Source: Oikopleura dioica (Eukaryota > Animalia > Chordata). Taken from it: 64,000 bases of DNA. Both the position numbers and the translations under genes were made by a program. Within the stretch, counting starts at the first letter, position 1. Each line of letters starts with the position of its first letter. This document shows positions 62,101 to 64,000 of the stretch, in pieces. The notes under the pieces are model-generated. The model had not been told where the DNA came from. It ran no database searches and was given only the letters and a program-made list of their open reading frames with translations. Location: contig OU015567.1 of NCBI GenBank assembly GCA_907165135.1, forward strand, positions 8,556,001 to 8,620,000, given 5' to 3'.

Positions 62101-62951
62101 TCTTTTCCCTTTCTCTGCTAGATAATATAAGCCAATATTTGGCTTATCTTAGCAACAATATTATTTTTTCGTTCGAGAGGAAGATCCCTGTGAGAGAAAA
62201 TGTCATTGAATATTATTCAACTGGTCATGTTGTTGCGGTTTATTTTTTGCGAAAAAATTCTGAGCGTATCGAACTGATCAGACATAGAAAGTTCATGCAA
62301 AATGTAAAACTGGAACCTTCTTTCTTGGCGTTATAGAATTTTCAGAGCAATAAATATTGAGCTTTCTATTTGAAAAACCTTGAGTATTTGGATAACAAGG
62401 AACGGGGAAAATGACGATTGATTAATGATGGAACCTATGATAGCTACGTTCAGTTTCCACGTTTGTGTCAACAAAGGCCACCGCAGGATGACAGAGTTTG
62501 TGTCAAATGACAGTCCCCACTCTTACAGTCATTTTCAACAAAGAAGTGAGGTGGAACAAAGTTTTTGTCGAGTTTTATTTTGATCGAAAATAATTTTATG
62601 CTGTACACTAGCGGCTTTTTCGTGTTTTTCGAGGATTGGTCGTTCTTGTTTTTATTTTGATGTAGTCGTAGAATTGATGGATTAGAAAGAAGAAAACGGA
62701 TATTCACAAAAGGAAAACAACAGTTCTAAAATCGAGATTTACGACTGTTTCTCCAGATCTTCTACAGTTTCGTTTCTGAACAAATAATTGGCGTTAGTCT
62801 TCCTTGTTTTCAAGAAATTGTTTTTGGCCGTCAGACAAGAATCAGAACAGGAGCTAATCCTCAAGATCTAACGCGAGGTCACTTTTACGAGTGTTTAAAT
62901 TTATGCTTAGCTTAGCTCCAGTTTTGAATACGATTTTAATCTGGCTTGGAC

Positions 62952-63909
62952 TTACTTCATCCTTAGAGTGACTTGGATCTTCGTGAAGATTAGACCAAAC
63001 GATTCGAATAATGGGTCGAGGAATGTTCTGACCATCAGTCCCCAGACTTTCTTCACGAATTCGGCCTAGATATCAATTTACTGAATGCTCGCTACGAGCG
63101 CTAGAATCTTTACCCAAATAACGAAGCCACGGATGAATGGGACGACACACCAAATCGAGCAGAAAGCGAGGAGAGCAAAGTAGAGACCCCACATGATTGA
63201 CATGGGCACGGCCAAAACTGCTGTCAAGATTCTTAAACAAAGTAAGCGTAAAAAGACCTAGAAGAGGGTTACCTGTAAGTCCAGTATTTGACAACAGAGT
63301 AAGATTTGTAAGATGTTCCCCAAATGGTTGCGAAGGAGTGAGCACCGTCAGGCTCGGCGATGACATCGGAAAAGTTGACCTAAACGATTCTTTTGTTCAA
63401 AGAGGCTCATAAATTTGTCGGCCCCTGAAAACTGCCCTGGGAGAGACAATCAAGCTATTTTCGTGAAATCAAAAGAGAAGATGTAAAACATTTTAGGGAC
63501 TTGAACTTTTTCGATAATAGAGAGCGATAAATGCCGAGTACGAGAAAAAATAATGGCTTGGTATGCGGAGCTCATCTGATTTATGGTCCCAATCATTAAC
63601 GATCACTCCTGGCAGAGGATTTAACGATAATGATAGAGACCCCTGCGCAATGATGGTTTTAGCACTTGGCATTTCTGACATAAAATTCTGAGAAAATACC
63701 AGCCAAGGGTCTTCCAAAGCATCTATGTCGGCAACATAGACCCTGGTAGTCTGTTAAAGTTCAGGATTCCGCAAGGTCAAGTTTGTTTACACAATTTAAA
63801 ACGCTTTAGTCAGACTCTTTTGTTACTGTACCTTGATGTCCGGGTGGAGATTGTGCTGATCACGGTTGGCGTATTCGACATCTTTGTAGTATTTTGGTGT
63901 GAAGCTTGG
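62952..63909 (-). CDS. CAV: Caveolin; 5' end probably outside the window
   Basis: RDQHNLHPDIK|VNFSDVIAEPDGAHSFATIWGTSYKSYSVVKYWTYR|ILTAVLAVPMSIMWGLYFALLAF..W|..DPLFESFGLIF. Confidence 0.93.
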
Positions 63910-64000
63910 CTAGAATTGAAAATTGAGTCAGGTTCGGGAAGGTTGGTTCTTTCATGGTGAGAGAGAAATCAAAAAAAGCGCATGCTTTTTAAGAGTCAGT

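Larger units (their letters stand above)
56046..62593. repeat. Tandem duplication of a ~3.1-kb gene-containing unit
   Basis: 56046-59457 vs 59452-62593; junction microhomology AAATAA. Confidence 0.88.

Noticed and set aside
63493-63717. 74-aa ORF as a separate gene
   Set aside because: It lies within a caveolin intron, has no true ATG start and shows no motif.

Overview
Compact eukaryotic genomic DNA with about 20 intron-containing genes, mostly 40-60 nt introns, some GA-AG and GC-AG introns, and co-oriented gene runs with short spacers. These traits suggest the larvacean tunicate Oikopleura, but that is inference. Recognisable genes: K2P potassium channel (3' part), SNRPE, PERK/EIF2AK3, SF3B4, a SENP/Ulp1 protease, HTATSF1, EFHD/swiprosin, CHMP3, PCF11, CRAMP1, ADIPOR, NDUFA2, Slingshot, two tandem secreted C-type-lectin genes and caveolin. 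The main feature is the last CHMP3 intron (22595-39689, 17.1 kb), which reduces to an ordinary 48-nt intron once a nest of mobile elements is removed. The nest holds four hAT-type elements, one inside another, each with YAGGG-starting TIRs and a perfect 8-bp TSD. It also holds a TA-flanked foldback element with 57-bp hairpin repeats, a 2.7-kb tandem triplication, a TTAA MITE and a 56-bp hairpin minisatellite. The innermost hAT (26306-31322) encodes a divergent DDE transposase and carries an unexplained ~600-nt GC-rich, highly base-paired island that looks like a structured ncRNA, plus two tRNA-like B-box units. Several genes have single-base frameshifts in homopolymer runs, most likely long-read assembly errors. 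Coordinates and base pairings were read by eye and may be off by a few bases.
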